Source of the DNA: a bacterium | GTDB lineage: Bacteria > Bacteroidota > Bacteroidia > Bacteroidales > Bacteroidaceae | Length of the DNA stretch: 64,000 nt | Direction of reading: 5' to 3' | Assembly: GCA_963657075.1 (NCBI GenBank) | Contig: CAVKLF010000001.1 | Span: 40,749 to 104,748 of the forward strand | Shown here: piece after piece, positions 32,201-37,996 of the stretch | Layout of the letters: the number at the start of each line of letters is the position of its first letter | Numbering within the stretch: the stretch's first letter is position 1 | Translations under genes and position numbers: made by a program | The notes under the pieces: generated by a model | Databases searched by the model: none | Seen by the model: the letters and a program-made list of their open reading frames with translations, nothing else | What the model was told of the DNA's origin: nothing

Positions 32201-34968
32201 TTGTAAGGCAGAAGGTTGTGCCAGTGGGTATCGACTACCAGAACATCACGCCCGAGATGCAAGCTACCCTTGACTCCATCCGAGACTGGTATAACTACAC
32301 CTACGACTGGTTGAAGGACAACCACACCTTGCGTGAGGACACAGGCTTCAATGCCGACTACGTAAACCATATTTGGGATAAGGAGAAGTCGGACAAGCAA
32401 GCGTACGCCATGTATGTAGAGAACCGCCAGCGCACCAAGAGTCCCAACGAGAAGCCGAGAACCATCAGTACCTTGATGGAGGGTATCAGCGTAGGACTCG
32501 TGCCGAAGACCACCGACATCACCAAGATGATGGCGTACTACAGCCGTAGCAACATCGAAGCATGGGTGAACAAGACGATGCTGCAAGAGTTGAGTGGGCT
32601 GAACGTGATAGAGCGAAACGAGGAAGGAGAAATCGTATCCTCAGACCCACTGCTTTCTTCTGTGGCACCTATCAACTTGGAGCAGTACAGATACTTCGAG
32701 ATACCCGGCGTTGGTCCGGTATGGGTGTATAATGTATCGCCCAAGGAGGTGAAGGTGAAGAATCCTATCACAGACAAGGAGAAAACACTGTATAGAGAGG
32801 CAAGTGCAGGAGACAGGTTTGGTGTGGTGTTCGACACCTACCAGTCATCCCCTTTCTGGAAGGCATTCGACACCTTGGCATCCAGTGCCAAGAAGTTGGA
32901 GCTTGGTTTCAGCGGATTCCATGCAGGAGCATTGACCGAGGTGTATATGGTGCAGAATGCGATAGAGTTTGGCCCTAAGAAAGCACTCGCCTACTTTATG
33001 AAGTACATCTTTGGTGATACAGCTAAGAACCACGAACTGCCTTGCTTTGCCAATCCTGAGGACTTTCAAGAGGCCGCAAGCCATCTGGTGAAGTTTGGAG
33101 CGACCAACGACTATGCGGCAGCAGACGTGCAGAATATGTTCGACAACTTCCGTGACAGTATGATGAAGATACAAGAGAAGTTGGGTAACGGAAATGTGCT
33201 GTCGAAGGCTGGTGCTACAGCTTCAATCCCATTTAAGGTAGCATCACAGATGCTTTCGCTTGTGAACAAAGGTATGGACCGGGCACTGTGGGACTTCCTG
33301 CATGATGGACTAAAACTCGCTACCTATCGTATGCGAGCCGAGAAAACCAAGGAACGTGCCAAGAAATATGGCTGGACAGCGGAGCAACTAAGCAAAGCCC
33401 TTGACGAGGACGGACAGTTTGTGAACGATATGTTTGGAGGCCAGCACTGGGACGTTTTGGGAGCCAGCCAAAAGAGAATCAAAAAAGCAGGAAGATGGCT
33501 GCTTTCCCCCGACTGGAATGCCTCCACTACACGCCACTTCTTGGCACTGACAGGATATGGCTCTGTATGGAACGAGGCAACGATGGAGAACTTCAGAGAC
33601 TACTATAAGCGTCTATGGGGCGCAGCCAGAGGTAAGGGCGAGCTGAAACCCGAAGACTGGGGACGCACGACGAGACAACTTTCGTCCCTGCTATGCTACG
33701 GACTTGGTTTTATGGTATTCTACGAGGCTTTTGCCAATGGCGTCAATGCCGCCTTCCGTGCCATGGACGAGGAGAAGGAGCGAGAGAAGGCAGAGGAAAT
33801 CCGCAAGACGAACCCCGACTACAAGAGTCCATACGAGCTTGCCTATCCTGACGGAATGAAGTGGTACGACTACTTGATGCGAGGGAATACCCTTGGTCAG
33901 CAGAGCAAGATCTTCGTGGGAAGATATGCCGATGGCACAGAGATGTATATCCGACATGGCAAGCAATTTAGGGAGATACCCGAGTATTTCTTCAATGAAA
34001 AGGGTGAGTTTGAATTTCCTGGTCCGATGGTGCAGCGAATGATAGGCAAGGCCAACCCAATAGTGAGAATGATACACGATGATATAAACTATCTGAGCGA
34101 CTTCCAGGCCAGCCATGCCGACCAAGAACTGCAACGCAAGTACGCAAAGCTTGTTGGGAACGAGCCTTTGGGCAAGGGCATCGGACTGCTCCACAAGAAT
34201 GCTCTCTACTGGGCGCCATTCTTAATACCGAGCCAAGAGAATAAGGAGTTCAAGGCAGCGGACTTCTTCTTCCCTTCATCCAAAGGATTCTCTCCTTGGA
34301 AGGCGCAGAGTTATTTCAAGGATTTCATCCTGAGCGGAGACATGGAAGGTGTGATGATGACCTACAATAGCTGTGAGCGTAACGGCATAGATCCCGAAGC
34401 TCAGATTGCAGCCGCCATTACTTCTGTGAAGGCATTGGAGAGTGCAGAGATGAAGGACGGTGTTACTTCCTTGCAGATAGCCAGCGAGCGATTTGATGAG
34501 GCCAAGAGTATCACGGAGAAGAAGAAAATGCGCCAGAAGATGAAGAAGTTCCTCTCTCAGAGCGAGTACAAGGTATTCACCCAGAAAGAGGCTCTGGACA
34601 TGGTGCAGAGTTACCTGAATGGCGAGGATGACTTAGAGGAGTTACAGAAGGCTGAAAACAAATACTTGATGAAGGCGAAATCAGAGGATGTGACAGAGGA
34701 CTGGAGAATCCAATCAGTATGGAACGGAACGATGGACACCTACCAAGAGTATCAACGCTTGAAGGACGAGGATAAGGTGAAGGCAAACGCCTTCAAAAAC
34801 AACAAGACCAACAAACGGCTGTTTGAGGCAAGGAAGGCAATCTCTGCCGCCAAGAAAAAGATGAATAAAGCCAAGAAAGAAATGGACGGTAAGAACGATG
34901 CCGCCAAGCTGGTTGAAATCCGCACGACCAGAAAGAAGCTCTTGGAAACGCTGAACGGAATGGAATAG
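17239..34968 (+). CDS. Giant polyvalent phage protein, 5909 aa (InPase, PBECR-type nuclease, MuF-C-like, LPD23, LPD3-like, zincin metallopeptidase motifs)
   Basis: TEAQKKAGNYKKGH...DGDHID...FDEHK (~22970-23430); GDVDLVWG...WLLTAYE (~23910-24255); HEYQH; MuF-C-like (~25800-26260); ATGWERGADGKWRYE; HEIQH; YYDHKLT (~29520-29960); HEKIGH. Confidence 0.85.
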   Translation: MFDEQDRKYFYDEFKNNGYQVGSYDDFKKDLNNKEDRDWYYNEAKNMGYDVGTQADFDKMVLEAAPSSPAPSASPSPQNTKQEQLVPKTEAKQAQKPSATIAKPQEQPSSVNESPSLISQALGMIPNVDAGNIGKEQRMGSMLNNFSLGGSEEQPQQQGEKAPQQAQVQEATTSPTGTASASPSIVNNEGLLDAKLSNYIENWKQRPDQENGYFQNMVADLLADGTANTNEEAVNIVKSALGRYANRQAMDATSKVVSALPDDTVQDAERNIEAQWYSHGVQDKLKQEAQSMGISYDDYVAQFLKPAMVQNLVQKYGQNYRNMAEDIATRLYSHDEHVQDRLMNQDINDALASVIGKYVSPSVVDEYNKAQEAGGKAFSEGMEGSQYVPANLRLGTAIASQYEANQAKDPKKVLNTLQKKFGKLYQNQQFLNDIADAASGVMQQYNMQGGLSGDPKQFQPMINAALKNELDQLEVKGMMPKGSAEYIMKTGLGNTIVGKITRKAMQTDYQNWLEDIANQQYQPGFWENVASGALTFAGDAWSYWLPGAVGSKITKSMLAKAEGRLATDLWAKGMERKMAERAAKVLIGKSKGMALKSGAAHGAATFGGQSAISKPIDEAYHTGQFDEDGKIYKPSVGKILANALGEVAKQSAVGAIMQGGTVANMIGKGRGLATNILADVGGKVVDSSIMTGQQMLERMAHDPNFKPTGKDAAESFLESMANLTAIGLPGMMGKYARFKDAREFNRKYDFNEQDIAELKKHGYDGLRDAFEKVGIYNKVNKASDVHVEESPNPQSHGWNTDLAENIGIKKLGEPKNVDRPIIEAPEVKALTNEYMDLLSDKSVPEVLKAKMMAVVEGKRPSSFSPMIDTNIEEADDGKVYLETLNKDGGVIERLEYSSLDEAQKAEKKLEYEKTLGLASVLEGEYHKEYLDDHLFDLYNQAAQKYYMGEKLSDEEKAAVYLRQNAVEIGDIMRKRLSGTSLTAEEQKQVEAYQHFYSSAMENSSVMRDFVSTFEDSNDVPRGTLRRALESKDKKYASLVESYLKELYNSIKLKREMRQTAEELHKTSEGEKNNEVEGKDASTEVTPSEEVTETPAEKPASSPTSSDVPPTEPPTPPVGGGASSDAEGTPAEGSGASNEPKVASNGTNVATSGSNVASSEPNVATSDAYVMGQNAYKNGDAEGLKAIDHNFDVAELRLQRAFNGDEKMISLIYRAIEEGRDMETFVQQRAGHLTPAQKDAIRKYAEAMDAKKGVMEAVDHADDGYGEALTEQLWPYATEDGSIVPVTLQDGKTAFLKKANEYGGAFVATTDENGKPVVRLSSSAQIKEKGEPVPFQDYVNQLAAQKHEETLQSFNTMLDGSGFKRGDIVSVSMEEGLKPSEVKVVGYTGDGRIVLTDTDVDINSKIDPDDLEYLSKDEFDAMRTNALRNTINAELDAEDAQRANEETAKAEAEKQERYKKGIWGYTTGQPDYADPQTDPKVAAEYLQETSGADRKDLFSNIAAEKQSLQTRIKQLREHIANNEEWLSLNADLDPKNAETRTLANKQMQGQITDLQTRFDNWNKIRSAVMTPEEAAAIKKDRTQKIADAGVNEGDIVPIEGREVAVLSDEELKKQYPTMDEASDYITSERKRIYQIQSDEVQNEIDGVDKVLKQYTDGEIDLEPEQIRELNTTKAQLQARQQNLTESAKDLKTQADKLKKLYLKENKVARAKAIGDMTPAGQRAVKVANAIEGGNLSLLNSIYEEVRGATDFNSTEPDTLEEYVASNIGRFSLNYEGKEKNGVLSNGLQQETGLGRKDFNKLQILAKAGEGKTVAEFVHGLYNGMPEHLRAMGYNDTSIRNAFLELVRSAESYSDLKNYTLNNKVYDAEQKMQELERQKAEMMEAEDEGAVDQQGNGKKFAERLQNAIAETETEPTEAQKKAGNYKKGHLQFGGYDYTVETPKGATRSGVDEQGNPWSVTMHDTYGYIKGKIGVDGDHIDMFVNDDADLDTFDGNVFVVDQVNPETGEFDEHKVMYGYPSQEAATEAYLANYSKGWKGIGKVTSVPKATFDKWLESSDRKTKPFADYAMIQKAKAQKVSYNPDTHEWTGIPEEVITDDKPNRYGVIDGFTKNPRIYAYYDTKSRTTWLRVETIDNQAETPERINTVLEKEGYQVHTNGESSGYVDFDNYADAEKFAKHVDDVEKYVHSPKDNQGNPINEDGSLKLGSINSVDGIPFEQIKPIGTGAFGNIYNQFKGKPDEAVAFLMQQQGGEALGALYHDAVGDVDLVWGKTGTKHSDGFGLAKLVKYHPEVVANLQGILSSMKVDKRSPNRVNLSSDKYKAGIRLDYDGKSKTWLLTAYEKEVPSDSSKTTDTATSSLSGDTALTQSEGISSAGKGTNNSDNSQEKGQENAGNLPFGAQMNMEDLPFSRDVKEVKPSEMTESQKVAYDAVSTMLKKAGVPVKVISNEDMEKVAEAQDNIVLSRLMNDPRLRFYIKTPEQKKAANSAYDWASQNRPDKHKQYAIVNMDKPNEMPEYFEKKDLAERARKYYSNEWKVGNYKAFDLDKPFEEQVKDVKGNVPDEFDPYKAAKEHANKLADLKNQQENLVKQRDDLQKQYNDYEYKRNKTFFDALMDYRIAHPGEKVPDSFIKEATEKSIGKNDPRQELNRQMAEMNAKIAEISKQLIANGEKISFLKGKGTVYGYTDGKEIVLNQEHLNPNTPIHEYQHLWRTAAKAKNPDLIAHGDKLIMQTSLFVDLKKDPNYKHLSNEQLCDEAFSQLTGEDGAKILEDMAKEAIKENPLDTAKELSVINKLKDWLKKFWYWTLDTFTKWKPEDIRKMTLEDIRNLVLRDLAKGVDPRAKLNESAAKETRELKKANDAFNQRLDELAKNPNQKDKVLRLGRSSTFLKDGGIADADIELDYDKLMRKSKQGYVHEHPFDVADVNDLPLAVAYPISVFDNTNGKNGGQVILTELKKEDRNFIVAVRTESQNRKGGVVLKVNKIVTLFPKDAKGVINWFNQGKATNIDKEKALHFIEALQNHPGTTITSEELNSAANVINSFETAKENGEKISLKDDKTLVGVHNITEEKLRKALKLGGFANPSVAVIDTGKSAHNSFGEISFIAPSALVDKRTGGTAGTWTTDAYTQRYPSVERQMSDKGYENFKKWVDGLDYPDSAKMEIERQAKDALEDNRDPAWELMYLKEKGIDIKGYDSKVNYLWQDIIEEHPSVEDILESMKSDPKLNEDVTKLAKSEITAPTWRNISQEVSAQMSEELGRRVSTISPKVRAKTKEIFERDYAPSLFNKDGSPKKADVKKVVAKMVQQYEDTKQYSFYKSKVRASSYVHNNGLYADYIRWQENKLDEFGTKNRLFRGFKNDGTRKYVPETLENVSKAMRDDADGQTNGSEYTTFGSFIAKLADRVDSTDEMRANKDKLSSNEDKQDFYEKWEEVYYDLAKFLYNDVAAGEQRLHDIVTKSDPKRYAKKEYGITLTPAFMKKLDALKKAVREELKSNYFETKFERPVHLDEFAAAVVPKDLGADVRKGLEQSGLRLYDYDAKKEGDRQRAFDKAIHGGDNIRFMFAGERGAANADEAEEKTYRMDNLKVAEEMERGDKDAKAIKLATGWERGADGKWRYEMPDAKIKDTIDIGGGHIVKRYEEDMLWTDGKLGKVVDAPELFKAYPQLKDIKLSTDVIMNDMPSNGAYDHNTKTITIHADELKYLNSILNHEIQHAIQDIEGFAQGGSQRQAATAAFQQKLKEDYIEAIDRLDEVCKKNGISRLAALDEDFDASDNTELKDAISSFRAAQKKILASPYDRYLSLAGEVEARNVQKRLGMTDEQRRNTLASETEDVNRDEQIVMNGDGASYSIVEDPKTIEKLDKEETVKVYRAMQLGEDGKLYPPMAAKVKGKFVQPIELGKWEQADERPDLADKNGLFTLNKGNGKTLKATYNPYLHTSRTPLNDQFSEAQSRPNIVTVEVEVPKSELTSGYRAEKAKDAVGEVEWKAGIIQGQLTGKRKVILSRWDKPVRIVPDSEVADVIVNDMFKDKKVVMPTNVVTPSLRKELEKRGVPFVETDNRGRIVGGKNDGVHYSKVYGKKATSKLALNENPDTIGAKELRIQKLRDSEPIRISGTEIPSSEDLKQYKKNALEYGKTLQGTYTNKDDGTTIQLQRGRKNGGVREVLQHNYKDIPHLQSVAAIPQIIENSIYIDSRENQDRAKNPDVSEYRYYVCGLKIGKEDYTVRSVVAVDKNDNRYYDHKLTDIEKGKLLDYLNQEALYNVGFGTTPSTKLTTDIFIGKDTVLKSILQTNKQEIAKNVQNTVNRLGGAEANVYTSLDDVPEEYLSEVEQGAKGWYDPATHTVHVYLPNCADANDAQRTVFHEKIGHEGMEVLLGGESGVRKFANFVYKSVGKKLRGKILDFANKYDPDWKNPDRMNVGTQEYIAHLAEEGPLTAEDFSLWTKIKHYLIKALKKLGIRVPGLLNDKDLRYYLMKAGKALHVWDNMPKEKQEAMMAQASNAEIKDALKDGAGKGKPRQKKGESAIQYMKRVMEWKRWKEAREDENDPEPPQFYDFDKDVEGKKEWEQLNKDWRSRHGISEELYAAIHNRDTNLVDAVPYIVEVPKRLVEVADEINGTDYFRKHNLAVSSKDLEAVLPLIDELRNGNEDVKIGDDGRVVDKDSVASQIARRINSMHLLDADYVPLKSSDILQEQVHSLIEKDVFPTGKNKETINKSRLPMREEGETDDDYAKRIKEYEKWNAAVNDKDDPMPDMFSFEKERQKAASKKYEDWLARHELLEQEQADLDLYEGKIYPAETNPEADALEQRVMQDLAEVTSTDVSKEGAARTVKHAVIHRRKNMEEASADDAIYINDVKNRIEKMADSGVFDKLLADYQGKPNKAEKLAEAIPYIIEAPRRLRDIAHDLNNTGAFDKGHIHIQPSDVEAIQPFVSDLASETYKKHIEIKNGEEVEVYDNPQAVSELASKMAQAINANHQGEEGFVPIDGTDILSEHVLPLVRQKVVPVGIDYQNITPEMQATLDSIRDWYNYTYDWLKDNHTLREDTGFNADYVNHIWDKEKSDKQAYAMYVENRQRTKSPNEKPRTISTLMEGISVGLVPKTTDITKMMAYYSRSNIEAWVNKTMLQELSGLNVIERNEEGEIVSSDPLLSSVAPINLEQYRYFEIPGVGPVWVYNVSPKEVKVKNPITDKEKTLYREASAGDRFGVVFDTYQSSPFWKAFDTLASSAKKLELGFSGFHAGALTEVYMVQNAIEFGPKKALAYFMKYIFGDTAKNHELPCFANPEDFQEAASHLVKFGATNDYAAADVQNMFDNFRDSMMKIQEKLGNGNVLSKAGATASIPFKVASQMLSLVNKGMDRALWDFLHDGLKLATYRMRAEKTKERAKKYGWTAEQLSKALDEDGQFVNDMFGGQHWDVLGASQKRIKKAGRWLLSPDWNASTTRHFLALTGYGSVWNEATMENFRDYYKRLWGAARGKGELKPEDWGRTTRQLSSLLCYGLGFMVFYEAFANGVNAAFRAMDEEKEREKAEEIRKTNPDYKSPYELAYPDGMKWYDYLMRGNTLGQQSKIFVGRYADGTEMYIRHGKQFREIPEYFFNEKGEFEFPGPMVQRMIGKANPIVRMIHDDINYLSDFQASHADQELQRKYAKLVGNEPLGKGIGLLHKNALYWAPFLIPSQENKEFKAADFFFPSSKGFSPWKAQSYFKDFILSGDMEGVMMTYNSCERNGIDPEAQIAAAITSVKALESAEMKDGVTSLQIASERFDEAKSITEKKKMRQKMKKFLSQSEYKVFTQKEALDMVQSYLNGEDDLEELQKAENKYLMKAKSEDVTEDWRIQSVWNGTMDTYQEYQRLKDEDKVKANAFKNNKTNKRLFEARKAISAAKKKMNKAKKEMDGKNDAAKLVEIRTTRKKLLETLNGME
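20641..20732 (+). repeat. 21-bp (7-aa) tandem repeat inside the giant gene
   Basis: ASNEPKV-ASNGTNV-ATSGSNV-ASSEPNV-ATS; AATGTGGCAA recurs every 21 nt. Confidence 0.7.
24254..24350 (-). ncRNA. Putative antisense structured sRNA 1 (after the PBECR domain)
   Basis: - strand TTG-N20-TACCTTTG promoter (24357-24387); 17-bp closing stem with one mismatch 24257-24273/24333-24349, internal hairpins, U tract. Confidence 0.45.
26251..26326 (-). ncRNA. Putative antisense structured sRNA 2 (after the MuF-C-like domain)
   Basis: - strand TTG-N20-TACATTTG (26333-26363); bulged stem AAGCCCTCCACTT/AAGTGAGGAGCTT, inner TCCAG/CTGGA hairpin, U tract. Confidence 0.4.
29953..30047 (-). ncRNA. Putative antisense structured sRNA 3 (after the LPD3-like domain)
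   Basis: - strand consensus TTTG-N20-TATCTTTG (30054-30085); stem 29998-30006/30037-30045, then hairpin GCTTCT..AGAAGC (29964-29990) and U tract. Confidence 0.45.
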
Positions 34969-34983
34969 CCTTCGGACATAATA

Positions 34984-35016
34984 AAAAGGGGACTTGCTTC
35001 ACAGCAAATCCCCTTT
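34984..35016. terminator. Bidirectional intrinsic terminator after the giant gene
   Basis: AAAAGGGGACTTGC-TTCACA-GCAAATCCCCTTT. Confidence 0.75.
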
Positions 35017-35031
35017 GATAGTTTGATAAAT

Positions 35032-35145
35032 CTATATTCCAAATAAAAGAATGAAAAAAATCCAAGTAGCAGAAGATACACGAGGTAGGCTTGATGATCC
35101 TAGTTGATACGTATGCGTCTCATGTACCTGAAAGGTTTTATCCAT
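35032..35145 (-). CDS. Putative 37-aa small protein with hydrophobic C-terminus
   Basis: MDKTFQVHETHTYQLGSSSLPRVSSATWIFFILLFGI; AT-rich leader, own -7 box at 35179-35186, terminator downstream. Confidence 0.4.
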   Translation of the reverse strand: MDKTFQVHETHTYQLGSSSLPRVSSATWIFFILLFGI

Positions 35146-35178
35146 ATATAAATTATGTAATAAAACGAATTGATGGAA

Positions 35179-35260
35179 CAAAAATAAGGATAAAAAAGCG
35201 AAACCATTGGATAAGTTGCGCAACTTATCCATAAAAATAGGCAAAAAAGGTGTATTTTTG
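35179..35260. promoter_or_regulatory. Perfect 24-bp palindrome TGGATAAGTTGCGCAACTTATCCA with symmetric divergent -7 boxes
   Basis: Palindrome 35208-35231; TATTTTTG on + at 35253-35260 and on - at 35179-35186. Confidence 0.8.
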
Positions 35261-35277
35261 GCGAAAAATTAAAGATT

Positions 35278-37353
35278 ATGCCAGAAAAAGGAGTAATAAA
35301 CGATATTTCGAACTATGCAGAGCCAGGTCCTGACTCGCTAGAAGGCGTGAGCACACGGAAGTTTGCTCAGAGCCAAAGCAACCTGCTTCTGATACAATGG
35401 GCATGCCAATACTTTTATGATATGGCAGAATTGAGGAAGAAGTGGAAGAGGGCACAGGACTTCGTGATGGGCAGACAACTGGAAGAGTTGATAGAGTGGA
35501 ATGGAAGAAAGATAACCATCCGTCAGTATATGGAGCTGAAAGGTATGCCTATACTGGAATACGACGTGATAGGCGACAAGCTACTTTCGCTCGTGGGACT
35601 CGTGCGCCAGCAAAGGAGCACCGCTTCTTGCAGTGCCGTAGACCCCAACGAGGAAGACTACATCAGTTTCTTCAACGAATATCTACGTCAGAACGACAAC
35701 ATGAACGACAGGCAAGAGATAGATGCCAGACTGTTCTACTTCTTCTGTGTGTTCGCCTTCGTCGGAATGAAAACCTACTATGGCAGAAAAGACGGCAAGA
35801 AGGGAATCTTTGACGAGGCAGTGGACATCTATAAGATAGCCTTGCCACCTTTTTTCAAGTATGACCTGAGTGATGTGGAGTTTATCGCAGAGGCACACGA
35901 TATGACTTGGCGAGAAATCATAGCCACCTTTACAGACGGTAGCAAGAAGGAGGTGGACGAGTTGAGTCAGATTTATCTACAGACGCAGCACCACTTCGCA
36001 CCCGAACAGACCTATCACCCTATAGGCGAGGCACAGGTAGCAGGTTTTGACGATTTCACCCATTCCTCAGTAGTAGGCAAATACCGAGTACTAGAGATAT
36101 GGACTAAGGAAACAAGACCAGCCATTTGGGTACATGACTATAGTACGGATGAGGCAGGCTTCGCACCTCTCAGCGATGAGGCTTATTACATCGAAAAGCG
36201 CAAGAAGCTAGAGGAAGACAACATCATGAAGGACGAGAACGGCTTGCCAGTGCTCGGCGATGATGGCGACCCCATCTACTACATAGACCCATCGGAGTTT
36301 AAGACCATCGAGATAGAGCACCAAGCTGAGACCTTCTGGTATCGTCGCTATCTGACACCGAACGGCTATCTGCTAGATGCAAGGGAATCCCCCTACTACG
36401 TATTGAGAGACGGCTACCGAGAGAGCATCAATCCATACACGTGGGTAGCATATCCATGCCTCAATGGTGAGGTAAGAAGCTTTACCATGCGTGCCGAGAA
36501 CAACCAGAGGACGCTGAACCACTACATGATGATGGTGAACTTCTTGGTAGCAAACGGAGCCAAGGGCAGTCTGCTAGTAGATGAGAACGCCTTGAGCGAA
36601 AAGCAGACCGTAGAGGAAATGCAAGTGAACTACGTGAAGACAGACGGTGTGGTAATCTGGAACTCCAAGAACGGAGGCAAGCCCCCTCAGAACTTGGTGA
36701 ACAAAAGCGTGCCAGCAGGAGTTGATTTCATGGTGCAGTTTGCCAAGCAGATGGCAGGAGAGGGCACAGGCGTACAAGGCGCACTGCAAGGCCAGCACTA
36801 CAGCGGCTCCAGCGGCAAGCAATACCAGCTAGAGAGGGAGTCGAGCAGCACCACCGTCATGGACTTTGTGGAGAGTTTCAATAGTTTCAAGGTGAGAATC
36901 GCCAAAAAGAAGCTATACTTGATACAGGAGTTTTGCACCGAGCATGACAGCGTGAAACTGACAGGAGAAGATTTCAGTATCTACTTCAATCCCGACACCA
37001 TGCGAGACATGGATCTAGACGTAGCCATTGACCTTGATGCTTACAGTCCACTGATAAGAGATGCCAACAACGATATGTTCTGGCAGTTGATGCTGAATGG
37101 CAAGATGGATCCATACACCATGTTCTCAGTAGGACACTTCCCCGGCACAAGCAGGGCGAAGAAGTATTTTAAGGAACAAGCGGAGCAACTGCAAGCCCTG
37201 CAAGCGCAGCAGCAAGCGCAACAACAAGCTAGTGGGCAGATGCCAGCCGAACAGACCCAGCAACAGCAGCAACCTTCGGGAGGCGGTGGTGCAACCCACC
37301 TGAAAGATACAGGTGGAACCTTGGGAGGTTTGGCGGATTTGCCTTCGGCATGA
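35278..37353 (+). CDS. Portal protein (P22-like)
   Basis: 691 aa with podoviral portal-like features (EMAGEG-like QMAGEGTGVQGALQG...SG motif region, Q-rich C-terminal barrel); next to terminase. Confidence 0.75.
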   Translation: MPEKGVINDISNYAEPGPDSLEGVSTRKFAQSQSNLLLIQWACQYFYDMAELRKKWKRAQDFVMGRQLEELIEWNGRKITIRQYMELKGMPILEYDVIGDKLLSLVGLVRQQRSTASCSAVDPNEEDYISFFNEYLRQNDNMNDRQEIDARLFYFFCVFAFVGMKTYYGRKDGKKGIFDEAVDIYKIALPPFFKYDLSDVEFIAEAHDMTWREIIATFTDGSKKEVDELSQIYLQTQHHFAPEQTYHPIGEAQVAGFDDFTHSSVVGKYRVLEIWTKETRPAIWVHDYSTDEAGFAPLSDEAYYIEKRKKLEEDNIMKDENGLPVLGDDGDPIYYIDPSEFKTIEIEHQAETFWYRRYLTPNGYLLDARESPYYVLRDGYRESINPYTWVAYPCLNGEVRSFTMRAENNQRTLNHYMMMVNFLVANGAKGSLLVDENALSEKQTVEEMQVNYVKTDGVVIWNSKNGGKPPQNLVNKSVPAGVDFMVQFAKQMAGEGTGVQGALQGQHYSGSSGKQYQLERESSSTTVMDFVESFNSFKVRIAKKKLYLIQEFCTEHDSVKLTGEDFSIYFNPDTMRDMDLDVAIDLDAYSPLIRDANNDMFWQLMLNGKMDPYTMFSVGHFPGTSRAKKYFKEQAEQLQALQAQQQAQQQASGQMPAEQTQQQQQPSGGGGATHLKDTGGTLGGLADLPSA

Positions 37354-37447
37354 CAAAGAGAAGTTTTGTATCGTATATGTTAAGAGTTATTAGATTATTT
37401 TTGGTTATTAGATTAGTTAGTTTAAGGTTTAAAGATTATTTTGGAAG

Positions 37448-37477
37448 GGAAGAGGAGGCTGTGAAGTTTCCTCTTCC
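37448..37477. terminator. Hairpin between convergent portal and terminase operons
   Basis: GGAAGAGGA...TCCTCTTCC stem. Confidence 0.65.
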
Positions 37478-37489
37478 TGTTGTTTTGTG

Positions 37490-37957
37490 CTATCTGATAC
37501 CATGCGCCTTCTTATAGGCACGCAGTTTCATCATAGGGACAGAAACACGGTACATATAATATCCCTGCCACTGATGCAGCTTCTTGGCTCTCACCTTGTT
37601 GTCAGCCTCACAGCCGATGGCACCCCATTTAGACGGAGTATAGTAGAAGGAAGCCGCCTTGATGTCTTCCACATTCTTGAAATACCTTGTAGCTTTCCAC
37701 TTGCCCAGCTGAACCAAGCGACGGTAGGCAAGCATCCCCTTACGGTTAGGGTCGTAAGTCATGATAGCCCAATCCTTGTGCGACTGGTCGTAGAGCATAT
37801 AGAAGCGAGGCGCACCGCCTTCCTTATACTTGGCTATCGTAGCTTTCACACCCATCTGCCACATACGAGTGGAGCGGTACAGTTCGATACGAGTGATAAT
37901 AGGCGTATAGATGGCTATCGCCACCTTACGGAAGATGTTTTGATAACTTTGTTTCAT
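37490..37957 (-). CDS. Hypothetical basic phage protein
   Basis: 155-aa ORF co-oriented downstream of terminase. Confidence 0.6.
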   Translation of the reverse strand: MKQSYQNIFRKVAIAIYTPIITRIELYRSTRMWQMGVKATIAKYKEGGAPRFYMLYDQSHKDWAIMTYDPNRKGMLAYRRLVQLGKWKATRYFKNVEDIKAASFYYTPSKWGAIGCEADNKVRAKKLHQWQGYYMYRVSVPMMKLRAYKKAHGIR

Positions 37958-37996
37958 ATTTGTGTATAGATTAAATGATGAATATACTTCGTTTGC

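Noticed and set aside
37381..37440. TTAGATTATT-like repeats after the portal
   Set aside because: AT-rich low-complexity intergenic DNA without consistent period
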